DNA of 12,372 nucleotides from Tubiluchus corallicola (GCA_030141605.1 JAQGDQ010002161.1:1-12372); one strand, 5' to 3'. Positions 1 to 10,423 are shown, counted from the stretch's first letter. The notes: a model not told the origin generated them from the letters alone. Numbers and translations: made by a program.

Positions 1-89
1 TAATGTATTATATAGAAAGCATATCAAATGGAGAATATATTAACATATTTTTGGACAGTAGCTAGGATTGTTAGTATAGGTTTTACATG

Positions 90-272
90 TCAAATGTAGA
101 CCTGCGTTAACTCAAATGTAGATTTAGGTAATTCAAATGTGTCTTGGTGACTCAAATGTAGACTTAGGTAGTTCAAATGTGTTAACAATGGTTTTCAACA
201 AATCTTAAGCGCTTTTGGTAAATCAAATGTAGACACATGTCAAGTCAAATCTGACATTGGTATCTCAAATGT
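90..272. repeat. Degenerate ~21-bp minisatellite with TCAAATGT core
   Basis: Cores start at 90, 112, 133, 152, 173, 223, 245 (TCAAATCT) and 265. A ~40-bp dimer is repeated at about 110-142 and 150-182. Confidence 0.8.
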
Positions 273-511
273 GGATAGGTGTTAAAGTTTAAGCATGTTA
301 AATTTAATCTTCTTTAATTTCAATTTAATAATAAAATAACAACGTTATAGGTCTACTAATAGTTCACTAAAATTCTGTAAACTTTGCATACCATTGGAAC
401 TGTTAGAGAAAACAAATACATTCTTAAAATAAACAATGTTTCTTGAGAGAAACTAATTCATTAATGCAGTGCTAATGCATTACTTAAAAAACTAATTAGT
501 GATTCACTGTT

Positions 512-1100
512 CATTGGGAAGTGGGAACCGATTTATTCTTTTCTGCCGATATTATGGTTTATCAAAGAATTTCGTTTGAGGATAAACAATGCTTATTTCA
601 AAGCTATGAAAGAGGTGATGATTACTCACAGGGGAGCAGCCTTGCCGCCAAATTATTGGCCTACTAAACGCATACCTAATGCAGACAAACTAACTACGAA
701 AAAAATGCGTTTCACCTCATCCGTGCAGTTAATTAAGTGAAAAAGTCTGCACAGAATATTTCATATTTGCACCCATAACAGCATAAGCACAATTTATAAT
801 TTAATGGCATAACGTGTAATATTTTGAACACTTCCTACGAAACGTATTTGCTTTAGAAGCCATCAGAGCTAACTGATCGTGCATGCATGGCACTTGACAA
901 AAGCAATTTGTGGACTGTATTCCGCACGCAATGAAACTTGATCCACTGAACTCTAATGTGAGTTTTCCCTTTGACTGTGTTGTTTCGGACGAAGGAATCT
1001 CAGTTCTTGTGGACTGACAATGTGTGTGATGGACTGAAGGTTGACCAACAATGTGTCGATGAGATACTGATGGATTAACATTTCTAAATTTCAAATTGGC
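512..1100 (+). mobile_element. Highly eroded Ty3/Gypsy LTR-retrotransposon pol relic (RT through RT-RNaseH linker)
   Basis: Collinear motif remnants occur across frames: HWEV (512; ~YWQV), YGL..RISF..NA..FQ..MKEVM (553-620), LAY (~LVYLDD), V*YFEH (814-831; ~VKYLGH), EAI (856), KQF (901-909), MKLDP (931-945; ~RKFIP), PLTVLFRTKESQFLWT (968-1015) and LTFLNF (1075; ~LAYPDF). The EAI-F-P-PLT-W-L spacings agree with the recalled Gypsy consensus to within about one codon. The 5' part is weaker. Confidence 0.5.
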
Positions 1101-1107
1101 AAAATAA

Positions 1108-1810
<703 letters not shown>

Positions 1811-1869
1811 TTTTGAAAAAATCATAACGTAAAGGCAAAAGAATGAATATACTAAGTTTTGGAAAGAGT

Positions 1870-2025
1870 TAATAAGTACATAAGCTCACTTTTAAGTACT
1901 GAACATGATATTAAAACAAAAAACAAGAATCATGAACTGCCTTTGTTCAGGATAAGTCAGTCATCTGGTTCTTCATCAGCTAGACTTCATCACAAATTCA
2001 ATAAATTCGATTCGATTCAACTCAA
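1870..2025 (+). mobile_element. Possible short LINE 3' remnant
   Basis: AATAAA (2000-2005) is followed by a TTCGA-TTCGA-TTCAA-CTCAA tail. The upstream peptide YISSLL..HDIKTKN..LPLFRI weakly resembles a LINE ORF2 C-terminus. Confidence 0.25.
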
Positions 2026-2301
2026 TTTCTACTGGTCATCAGTCCATTTTCTAACTAGACTAGACACACCAGTGAATCTTTTTTGGCTAGGTGGCTCACT
2101 GTCAGGATTCTGTACTGTACAGAGCAGATAGAACTGAAACTTTTGATCTACCAATCTAATATTTTATTTACAATTTATTAGTACATGTTTAGCCCAAACA
2201 ATACAATCACGTTAGTGAATTAGTCCAAAAAAGGCAACGTCAACTTTATTATTGATCCAAGAAAATACGACAAATACACTCTACAGAGGTCTTTTACTGC
2301 A

Positions 2302-2553
2302 GATGATGTTGATGGTGATGATAATGAGGATGATGATGATGCCGGCGATGATGGTGATGATGATCATAATTATGATGATGATGGTAATGATGGTTATAAG
2401 GATGATGGTGATGATGATGATGGTGATGATGTGACGAATGATGATGATGACGATGATGATGATGATGACGGCGATGATGGTGATGATGATGATGATGATC
2501 ATAATTATGATGGTGATGGTTATGGTGGCTATAATGATGATGATGATGATGAT
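2302..2553. repeat. Imperfect (GAT)n trinucleotide microsatellite
   Basis: Directly visible. It produces the poly-M/H/I ORFs. Confidence 0.97.
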
Positions 2554-4952
2554 AGATGAACATGTTACGGACTGCTCTATTTATTATACATTTTATTGTA
2601 CAGTGAGCTTTGTACAATGAGATGCTTTGTTTTAACGGTAATTAAAATACTAGAATATATATGTATGGAACCCTGTGACGAAAGTATGCCATGTATTATA
2701 ACCAACTGATTTGCAAAATGTGAGTAGATTCTGTCCAGCAAGCTTTTTTTATTAAGATGGTGAAAATAAAGTGAGGCTACGTGATAAATTAAAACCGTCA
2801 TAATATAATAGATTTATTAAAGAAGCACAAATTACAAATAGACTCATCTCTTTCAGTCTGCCCTCAATGGCTACCAAATGTCAGGCAATTTTATTGCTTT
2901 TCTCGCGTGTTGACGTCTTGCTTTTTTTCCTAGTAATCATCGTATTGAACGTCAGGAAGGTCAATCTTTAGTGTGTTGACATTTAATCGCTCTTCAGCGA
3001 GGTCTGCAACGCTAAACCTCTATAAATGATAATTTTGATTTTGGGTAAAATCCGTTGTGTTCAGATACGAAATTTCCAATTCGATCGCTCAACTATTTCG
3101 CGAGGATACCGGTGGGCTTAAACAACTCCCAAAAGACAACACAGAATTTTCCAAGGCTTGGTGTAATAATAATTGCAACTGTAAATAATTATTGTCAGTG
3201 TTTAAGGGAAAGAACAAGCCACTCAGTATGTTGGGTTTATTTTACTGTTATCACTTAAATTTAGAAAAATACAATACAGAAATTCGCAAAAACTGTCTGT
3301 ACAGCTTAAACATAAAATATACTATCTCCGAATCGAAATTTTCAAGCGCGGCTGACAGATGAAAATCTACCAGGAGGATGATGAGAAAGCGCGGCTGATA
3401 GCTGCCATTCACTTTGAAAAACATGACGTAACTGGGAACTTCGTGACTTTTCGTAACCGCATCGTGGCTTTCCGTAAGCGCGCGCTGCTTGTTCAAACTT
3501 TTGCATCTTGCCTAATGTTCACGCAAAAATATTACAAAAATCTTACCTATCTATTTTTTTTAAATTTATTATATTTTTGGTGAAGATTGATAGTGTGTTA
3601 CTTGACAGTTACTTTTTCAAGCCGAACGACATTATTGGAAGAAGAATGGGCTACGAAAATGGCAGCGCCCAAGCCTGAACTGATCGCGACTTTAAAGTGA
3701 TTTTACTAATTACACGAGGCGCTTATTGCAGCTTTATTACTAAATCCTTTTAACATTTTTCGCGAACATTGAAATAATTCTAACCGCCTAGAAGGTTTGC
3801 CCTTTCCTTTAAAGAGGAAGAAAAGGGAATTTTAAATGTGCGACTATCTTTTCGAACATCATCTGTTTGAAAGACATGTATAACTAGAAAAGGCCATTTT
3901 AGTATGTAATTTAAAATGTTGGCTGAATCACTGTATAACGTCACTGTGTCACAGTCCCAGTGTGCACTGCTGACTCACCATAAAACGTATTATTAATCTT
4001 ATTGACAGAATAAAGTAATTTATACTTTTATTCTGATGGATTTTTTCAAGCTTCACGCAATGTTATCTAAACTATTTCAAACGACTTGCAGTTAAAATGG
4101 CTGCGCCGAGCGGTCATCCCGGGAGTTTAAATTCACCAGTTTTATACAGCCTTGCTGTCAACGCAAGCTCAGCGTGCAATAAGACAGCATATAAGTTATG
4201 CGAAATTTCAAGATGAATTTTTAAAGATTTATTGACGGAGAATGTTTTCTTATGGTTTAAGCTGACAATGAGAAAATGAACAACAGGGCCAGGCTGGTTG
4301 GTGAACTGATTTTGTATTTTCTTCTGTTAATCAGTTCGTTTGGAGTTGGCTAAACTTCATGCTGATGCACTTTGGTAATATCATAGTGAGGTTCATACTG
4401 TTTATCCTGACAGCACTATAGGAATACTGCTGCATAATCTGTTTCTCGTTCTCATAGATTTTTGGGTTGCCCGCTTGCAAAGTGACTCTATAAAGTGGTC
4501 TGTGTCGCCGTGAATACGTTGTCGTTGTCTTTCTCGCTGTTGTTCACTTACGGGAAAATTTTGCAGTGTTTATTTAACGAATAGCGTCCATGTGGAGAAT
4601 TTATCTCCGTCGTGATCAGCTTAGTAAGGAGTAACCCTTTAGCTCTGCAGTGATCTTCCGCGTCAAGAATCTGATTTCAATTTATACCTACTGCAATACA
4701 CAATATAGCGTTGTGAAAAGTTTTCACTATGAAACCTTAGAAACCATCGACAGAAATTGATTAGCTGTTGTCGACAGTTTGCAGAAGTTGGTACACTGGC
4801 ACTGATTATATCAATATCTAAAGCAATATTCATGTACGACTAATTCAAGATTCATTTTCTCACGTCTGTTATGAGCCTCGTTTTAATCTCATTGATAATT
4901 CTCAGGATTACGTCATCCACCTACACACCAATGTTGCATAGCAGTCGGCATA

Positions 4953-5600
4953 GAATTGAACTGAATAAATTTATTTTTCTTCATCGAATTAAATGTACTA
5001 TGAACACAATAAAATTAAAAACACAATTAAAGTTACATGATTAAAATGAAAAATTGTTGCATAATTTAAAATAAAATATATGAATTCCAGGGAAGGATGA
5101 TGTGTAAGACTTGTACAGTCCATCCTTTCTCAGATTAATCAAATGAGCATGATTATTAACATTATTCTTATAATATATCTTATTATATAATAGAATATAT
5201 TTCATTTTTTTTAAAAAGTTATTGTATGCACATAAAGTTAAAAACCTCTTTAAAATAAATACTCATTTTAAAAGACATTTAAAATATTATGTACATAAAA
5301 AGGCATCAACTACCTACTTTTCTCTAAAATTTTCTTTTTGACCTGTTTTTTACAATATTCAAAATAAAACAATCTAGATGGTTCCAGAATTTAGTACCAC
5401 GAAACTACTCATTGCTTTCGAAGAGGTTCTTGCCGGGATTTTGCAATTGCCCCGCTGTCTTGTAATTTTAAATGGATTATTAATGAACGAAAATCTCCTT
5501 TGTAAATGGGCTTTATTAGCAGATGTAATATTAATAGAATTTTTAAATGGCAGCCAATTTAAGTTGTTTTAAACTATGGAACAGTTTATGTCTGTCAACA
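4953..5600 (-). mobile_element. Degenerate 3' end of a second LINE (L2/Crack/CR1 group)
   Basis: The minus-strand translation with frameshifts reads KQL/LNWLPFKNSI...NKAHLQRRFSFINNPFKITRQRGNCKIPARTSSKAMSSF/RGTKFWNHLD...VKKKIL, containing the typical L.WLP, TR..P.R and G..WN.L motifs. The 3' UTR has a 7-bp stem (aaggatg 5093-5099 / catcctt 5121-5127). The element ends in AATAAA (4975-4970) followed by a TTCAG/TTCAA tail. Confidence 0.8.
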
Positions 5601-6933
5601 GTTCATAAATAATGCTTGATGCAACAGGTAAATATTAATAGCAAATAATGTCAGTGCAGGAAAAAGTAAAAAGTAAATTTAGTCAGCTGTCGTTGAAATG
5701 TTCAACGAATGACAGGCAGTGATTAGGTTGGTAATGTATGCTCTGACTTCAAATGGGCTTAATAATTACAATGATCTTTGACGTTAATAAACTCACTCGT
5801 AAACTGTAGAATGTTTCAGATTTTACGGTCGCCAAATTACTTTACAGCAGACGCTTTGGCTCTTGGATAACAAATTTCCTTTCACTGTAGTCTTGTTACC
5901 ACAAGTTCATCTTTGAGCTAGAAAAGCTCTTGTGGATAGTAATAGACGATGAGGCAAGTAGAAACAAACTCAAATTGAACGCATTCAGTGCATTAAGACG
6001 ATACTAAAAAAAAGAACACTTATTTTAATACTAAGCTTTTATTGCCACGAAAATACTATTTCGTGACGCCAGTAATGAATTACACTTCTTCGATGTACAG
6101 TAATATAGTAAAGAGTGGTGCAGTAATACCGCTATAACTATAATCTTACACATGAAATGACAAGATTTCACAACGAACGGTAAATTTCATGCCGTTTGTC
6201 CGCTTTTTGCAATTGTTGCCTAATAAGTGAGGTCATGTGACTTAACACGTGGGAAATAGGACAATCTAACCGAAAAATTTGTCCAATCACTGAGTAATTT
6301 TATCCAGCACGAATATACCGGTAACTACCCCAGTTATGTCTACGGGAAAATTAGACCAAATATCTGTATTAAATCGGCCTCGGCCACAGTAATACAAGGT
6401 GTTTGAGAAATTGTCTCAATAGATTCTGCTATATATGAATGCTTTATCAGAATTCTTATGACTATAATTATAGCTGTATTTCCTGAGTTGAAGTCATGCG
6501 ATGTAAACGGTGGCGTTTTTTGTGTCAGGCATCTTCCGCCTGCTATGTTGGACGTACGGCCCTACATTTGAAGACAGTGATTACAGGACACAAACGAGTG
6601 GTCATGTCAAAATGTTGCGACGCAGAATTTGTCTATACTAGCAAAAGCCAAATCCGTTTTTGATCTGAGAGTGATGGAACTGGAACAAATTCACCTAGTC
6701 TAAAATCAATGGACGAATTTACCTACTTATTTTTGAAAGGATTGATTTAGCTGGTGCCTTTCCAGCAGTACATATGTCACAAAATGACTTGAATTTAATG
6801 TGTTGATATGTTGGCTACGATCTGGTGCTTGCTTCAGTCCTACATACAGTATGGTTAGTCTTGAAATTATGGCCTGCTATTGCAGTATGAAGATTTACTA
6901 AATTAATTCTGTGAAAAATATATTTGGATGGGG

Positions 6934-7020
6934 AAAAACAGGACTGAGTGTTGAACTCACGACTGCAAGCAACGAGCATCTGCACAGTATCAAGCTCTAA
7001 ACTTGCTAAACTACCTACGT
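6934..7020 (-). pseudogene. tRNA-like unit (tRNA pseudogene or tRNA-derived SINE head)
   Basis: The minus strand reads TAGTTTAGCAAGTTTAGAGC (A-box/D-arm, ~TAGCTCAGTTGGTTAGAGC) and then GTCGTGAG-TTCAACA-CTCA (B-box/T-arm with a 4-bp stem and 7-nt loop, 6959-6945), followed by TTTTT (6938-6934). The acceptor and anticodon stems are degraded. Confidence 0.55.
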
Positions 7021-7193
7021 TTTTAATTAAAGAACTATTACCTTGACAATTTATATAATCATTGTAATTGCAGCAAAATTATGGAATAGTAAAATTAATA
7101 TCATTATTTAAAAGTAGTTAAATTTTATTAAAAAAACCAGTTTAAACGGCCATAACATGACAAGACATTCGCAAATACATGAATGATAAATGA

Positions 7194-8300
7194 ATGGTGA
7201 ATGATGCAAACTTGAAATTGAATAAACTGATTCATCTCTCATATAACTTTCAACGCCCCACTTGCGAACTACTGTACAAAATTAAAATATGGTCGGCTAT
7301 TGAAAATGGGAATATTGTCTGGCCAGGTTATTACGATGATACATTATTTTAACTAGAAAATGGTAACTTATTAGCAATGGTGCAGTGTGAAAACCCAGCA
7401 GGTAAAAGTTTTGGAATACTACGTTTGTAACCCTGTGTCAGTTCTTTTCAAGAACCATCGTTTATGCTTATTATTCAAAAATGCGGATCGCCATCTTATT
7501 TATATTCAGTGCGGCCATCGCGGTTGAGAGACGTAACACAATATCCTGCTTGCAACAATGCTTGTTGACTATATAGAAACTTCGCTATGCACTCTGTAGC
7601 TTTTGAAAGATCTTTTTTTGCTTCATCTACAAATTGTTGGAACTTTCTCCCGCAATGGTTACGTGAAGTGCTATCGTTAAGTGTATTCAAACGGGAGTTA
7701 AAAACATTTCTGTAGTCAAACTTCATTCGTAAGACTTACTCATACGGCACGAGACCATCACGCACGCATGCGTATTGGTATTACTTAGTTAAAATTTAAT
7801 GGTGATTTGTTTTTGAAAGACTGCAAAGATTTCGATCGTCTACTCGTCTCTCCAAATTATGTTTGTAAATATTACTTTCAAGACTCAGAACTGCTCCTTC
7901 GTCGAATGCGTTCATTGTTATGAAGCCATAGCATATATATATATATATATATATATATGTGGACGTGATGATTTTAATGTTGATGATAACTACAAAATGT
8001 TAGATTGTATTCAGAATTAAATTATTAGCACTAATGGCTTTAACGTGATCAGAATTTAGGATCTCTTTTACGTATTGACGGTTAAGATACTTGGCTACAC
8101 TTTTTGTTCATCATTCAGTTAGTTTCATTTGATGTGACGTTCATTTATGTTTGTTTGGTTTTGTATTTCTGCTACTTTATTTTATCTGCAGTGGCTTCTC
8201 AGCACCACTTTTGTTCCATGATTAGGGCAGTGTTCCAACGGAATGGTACGAGTGTTCCAATTGACTGGCTGGTCTCCTGGCAATAAATAAAATAAATAAA
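7194..8300 (+). mobile_element. 5'-truncated, degenerate non-LTR retrotransposon (CR1-group LINE): ORF2 C-terminus, 3' UTR and A-rich tail
   Basis: The frame from 7194 has internal stops and reads ANLKLNKLIHLSYNFQRPTCELLYKIKIWSAIENGNIVW...PSYLYSVRPSRLRDVTQYP...FERSFFASSTNCWNFLPQWLREVLSLSVFKRELKTFL. After a frameshift it reads RMRIG...NGDLFLK...SPNYVC (eroded Cys knuckle). After the (AT)13 it reads GRDDFNVDDNYKMLDCIQN*IISTNGF (7961-8041). This order matches the post-RT region of CR1-group ORF2. A T-rich UTR, a small stem AGTGG/CCACT (8190-8209) and an (AATAA)n tail (8282-8300) follow. Confidence 0.85.
7933..7958. repeat. (AT)13 microsatellite inside the LINE relic
   Basis: Directly visible. 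Confidence 0.95.
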
Positions 8301-8315
8301 CATCTACTTTTTCAG

Positions 8316-8551
8316 GACCATGTTCCCAAAAATCCATGCGTCGTCTTCGCTGCTATGCTGCAATCATTCGTTGTAGCTCAGATTCTCATGGTCAACATCG
8401 TCGCCATCAACTGCTTCTGTATGATTGTCCTCGACAAGAAGCTGAACTTCGGTAGTTATGACTGGCGATTGTTAATATGGACATTTGGAGCACCCATACT
8501 CAGTTCCGTCATCTGCATGTCCACTGGATGGTTCGGACCAACTGGAGCTTT
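8316..8551 (+). CDS. Internal coding exon of a 7TM GPCR, GPR157/cAMP-receptor(CAR/GCR1)-like family (about ECL1-TM3-ICL2-TM4-start of ECL2)
   Basis: The acceptor is ctactttttcAG (AG 8314-8315) and the donor is GTAAGT (8552-8557). The phase-0 frame is open and reads DHVPKNPCVVFAAMLQSFVVAQILMVNIVAINCFCMIVLDKKLNFGSYDWRLLIWTFGAPILSSVICMSTGWFGPTGA(F/L), with a phase-2 end. It has two hydrophobic helices, a Cys at the top of TM3 and a FGPxGxx(C) ECL2 motif like GPR157/CAR-type receptors. Other exons were not found in the window. Confidence 0.88.
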
Positions 8552-8708
8552 GTAAGTATTAGCTTTTTTAATTGCCCTATACTCTCTGAATTGATAGTAC
8601 TCCCTCTCCCAGTTACCTTGATCCTTAAGCCCCGGTAACCAGGAAAGATGTGCTCCCCATTTTGAAAAAAATCCCACAACCACAACAACAGCAATGTGAT
8701 GATGGCAG

Positions 8709-8709
<1 letters not shown>

Positions 8710-8756
<47 letters not shown>

Positions 8757-8798
8757 CGTTGTTGTTGGTCGTGGTGGTGTTGATGGTGATGGTGTTGG
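8710..8798. repeat. (GTT)n grading into (GGT/GAT)n microsatellite
   Basis: Directly visible. It produces the poly-Q and poly-V ORFs. Confidence 0.96.
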
Positions 8799-9420
8799 GC
8801 GTATGACACTTATGATAATTGCAGTAGTATCATCAGATTTTTAATACTGGCTTCAACTTTCCTTCTTGTCGAGTTTTTTCCTTGTACCTTTGAAACAAAA
8901 GTCGTGGTTTAGACTTGAACGAATTGGCTTCTAATTTACTAGCCAAAGATCTGCCACAAGAAACGACGACTACACGTGACTGCACGCGAAAATACTTCAA
9001 CGAAAGTGGGAAGCCACTTCATGATTGACGAGACAACAATAGTTATTGCTTAGATTTACTAGAACACCTGGTGATTTTACTCGGCTTCGTCTTCATGCGT
9101 GTCAAGAACAAGAATAAAAGTTGGTTTTATTTTTCGTTTGTATAATTTTATTCATTGTAAAAATGTGGGAGAGTTAACGCATCAGACTGAACGTTTCTAT
9201 TTAGAGTTTGTTCTGGAAAGGTATATTATTAATACTTGATGTCCATCGTGGTATTTCCTATATAATCAAAAATAAAAACAATAAACAAATTAGTTAAGAC
9301 ATCATGCTGTACTTGTTTGCATTATCATTATCCATATATTAGTAAACGTCACAATATTATGATCAATCAAAGTCAAGTTCCTGTATACATAGTAATATAG
9401 TTACATCACATAACAGTACA

Positions 9421-9437
9421 ATATATATATATATATA
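9421..9437. repeat. (AT)8 microsatellite
   Basis: Directly visible. Confidence 0.9.
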
Positions 9438-9487
9438 GCTGGAAAACTCTTATCCCTACATCTACAGTTACAAAATGCTTTTATTAA

Positions 9488-9668
9488 GTGGGGGAAACCT
9501 GTCCCGACCACTATACGGCAATCAAGCTTTTCCGGAAGAATCTTTTCCTGCCTAGGTCTACCTAACCTATAGCTAAACTATTATAGCTTATACCTAACCT
9601 ATTCGTTAAGCAATTATGCAGTCAATGAGGCATTCAACAGGTGATTCGACAGATTTCCTACATACACT
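9488..9668. mobile_element. Small (~180 bp) putative non-autonomous element with subterminal inverted repeats (MITE/HINE-like, family uncertain)
   Basis: GGAAACCTGTC (9493-9503) and GACAGATTTCC (9648-9658) are 10/11 inverted repeats. There is an internal direct repeat TACCTAACCTAT at 9559-9570 and 9591-9602. Confidence 0.45.
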
Positions 9669-10423
9669 CCTGAACAATTAAGCTACAGAACTAATTATGC
9701 TCAGTATGGCATATGAAATCGTCCAAGAAAGATTTTTTCGGCGGTCTCTCTTTCATTTACTAATTAAGCCAGGCGTTGCTCAACTTCTTTCAAAGATGGT
9801 GGTGAGGCCATTGCGAATGACCATAGTGGTGTTGGTAACAATGAGCAAGTTTTCATTGTCTTTTTGCCATTGTAAATGTATTGTGTTTCATGCTTACTGC
9901 TCAACTATACTTGTTAGTAATTGTTACTGCTAGCTTTCCAAATTCGTTTGGCTTCGCGGGAAAGTTAGTAAACCTTTTCTGTATTGGGTGGTGCAGAAAA
10001 AATGTGTCGAAATTGAACTTTAACACAATAATGTTAGAAGAAAGTACCCACAACGTTGAAAATTCAGGCTACGTCAAGTTAGGTTACTCCCCCAAAATGG
10101 CGCATCCTCCATGCATGGCCTCATGCTGCAGCATACCTCCAAACGTGGGTTTACGTGGTGTAGCATAAGAACAGCATGGCCAAGGAAAGGGTTTATATAA
10201 TTAGCATAATGTCGATTTGGGCTACTGCCCTCAATATGGCTGACAAAAAAGCGTCAAAAATAGCACCTTTGAGGAAATTCTACTACATATAGTCTTCAAA
10301 GGTGTACAACAACAATCAGTATGAGGGGGGGGGGGTTGTGAAGCCGGGTATTTCAACTAGTATGTTGCACATGTGGGTAGATAATGTGAGGTGTCTGTCA
10401 AGTTTGGTTTTGTACAGTGGACT

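Noticed and set aside
90-272. CRISPR-like array
   Set aside because: The repeat core is only 8 bp, the spacers are about 13 bp and similar to each other, there are no cas genes and the context is eukaryotic.
801-1080. Minus-strand LINE C-terminus interpretation (STR...GKLTLEFSG...NTFRRKCSKYY)
   Set aside because: It lacks the WN.LP motif and the spacing to F.RK is too long. The + strand Gypsy reading fits more motifs with better spacing.
2252-2620. Poly-His, poly-Met and poly-Ile ORFs as a metal-binding or biomineral protein
   Set aside because: They are GAT microsatellite translations open in several frames, with no convincing splice or domain context.
5687-5715. Perfect 8-bp hairpin TCGTTGAA-atg-TTCAACGA as a Helitron 3' end or terminator
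   Set aside because: There is no properly placed CTRR|T terminus on either strand and no U-tract.
4549-6352. 12-bp match TACGGGAAAATT at 4549 and 6341
   Set aside because: The flanks show no similarity, and a single 12-mer match is compatible with chance in 12 kb of AT-rich DNA.
8456-8844. Poly-Q and poly-V ORFs
   Set aside because: They derive from the intronic (GTT)n microsatellite next to the real exon.
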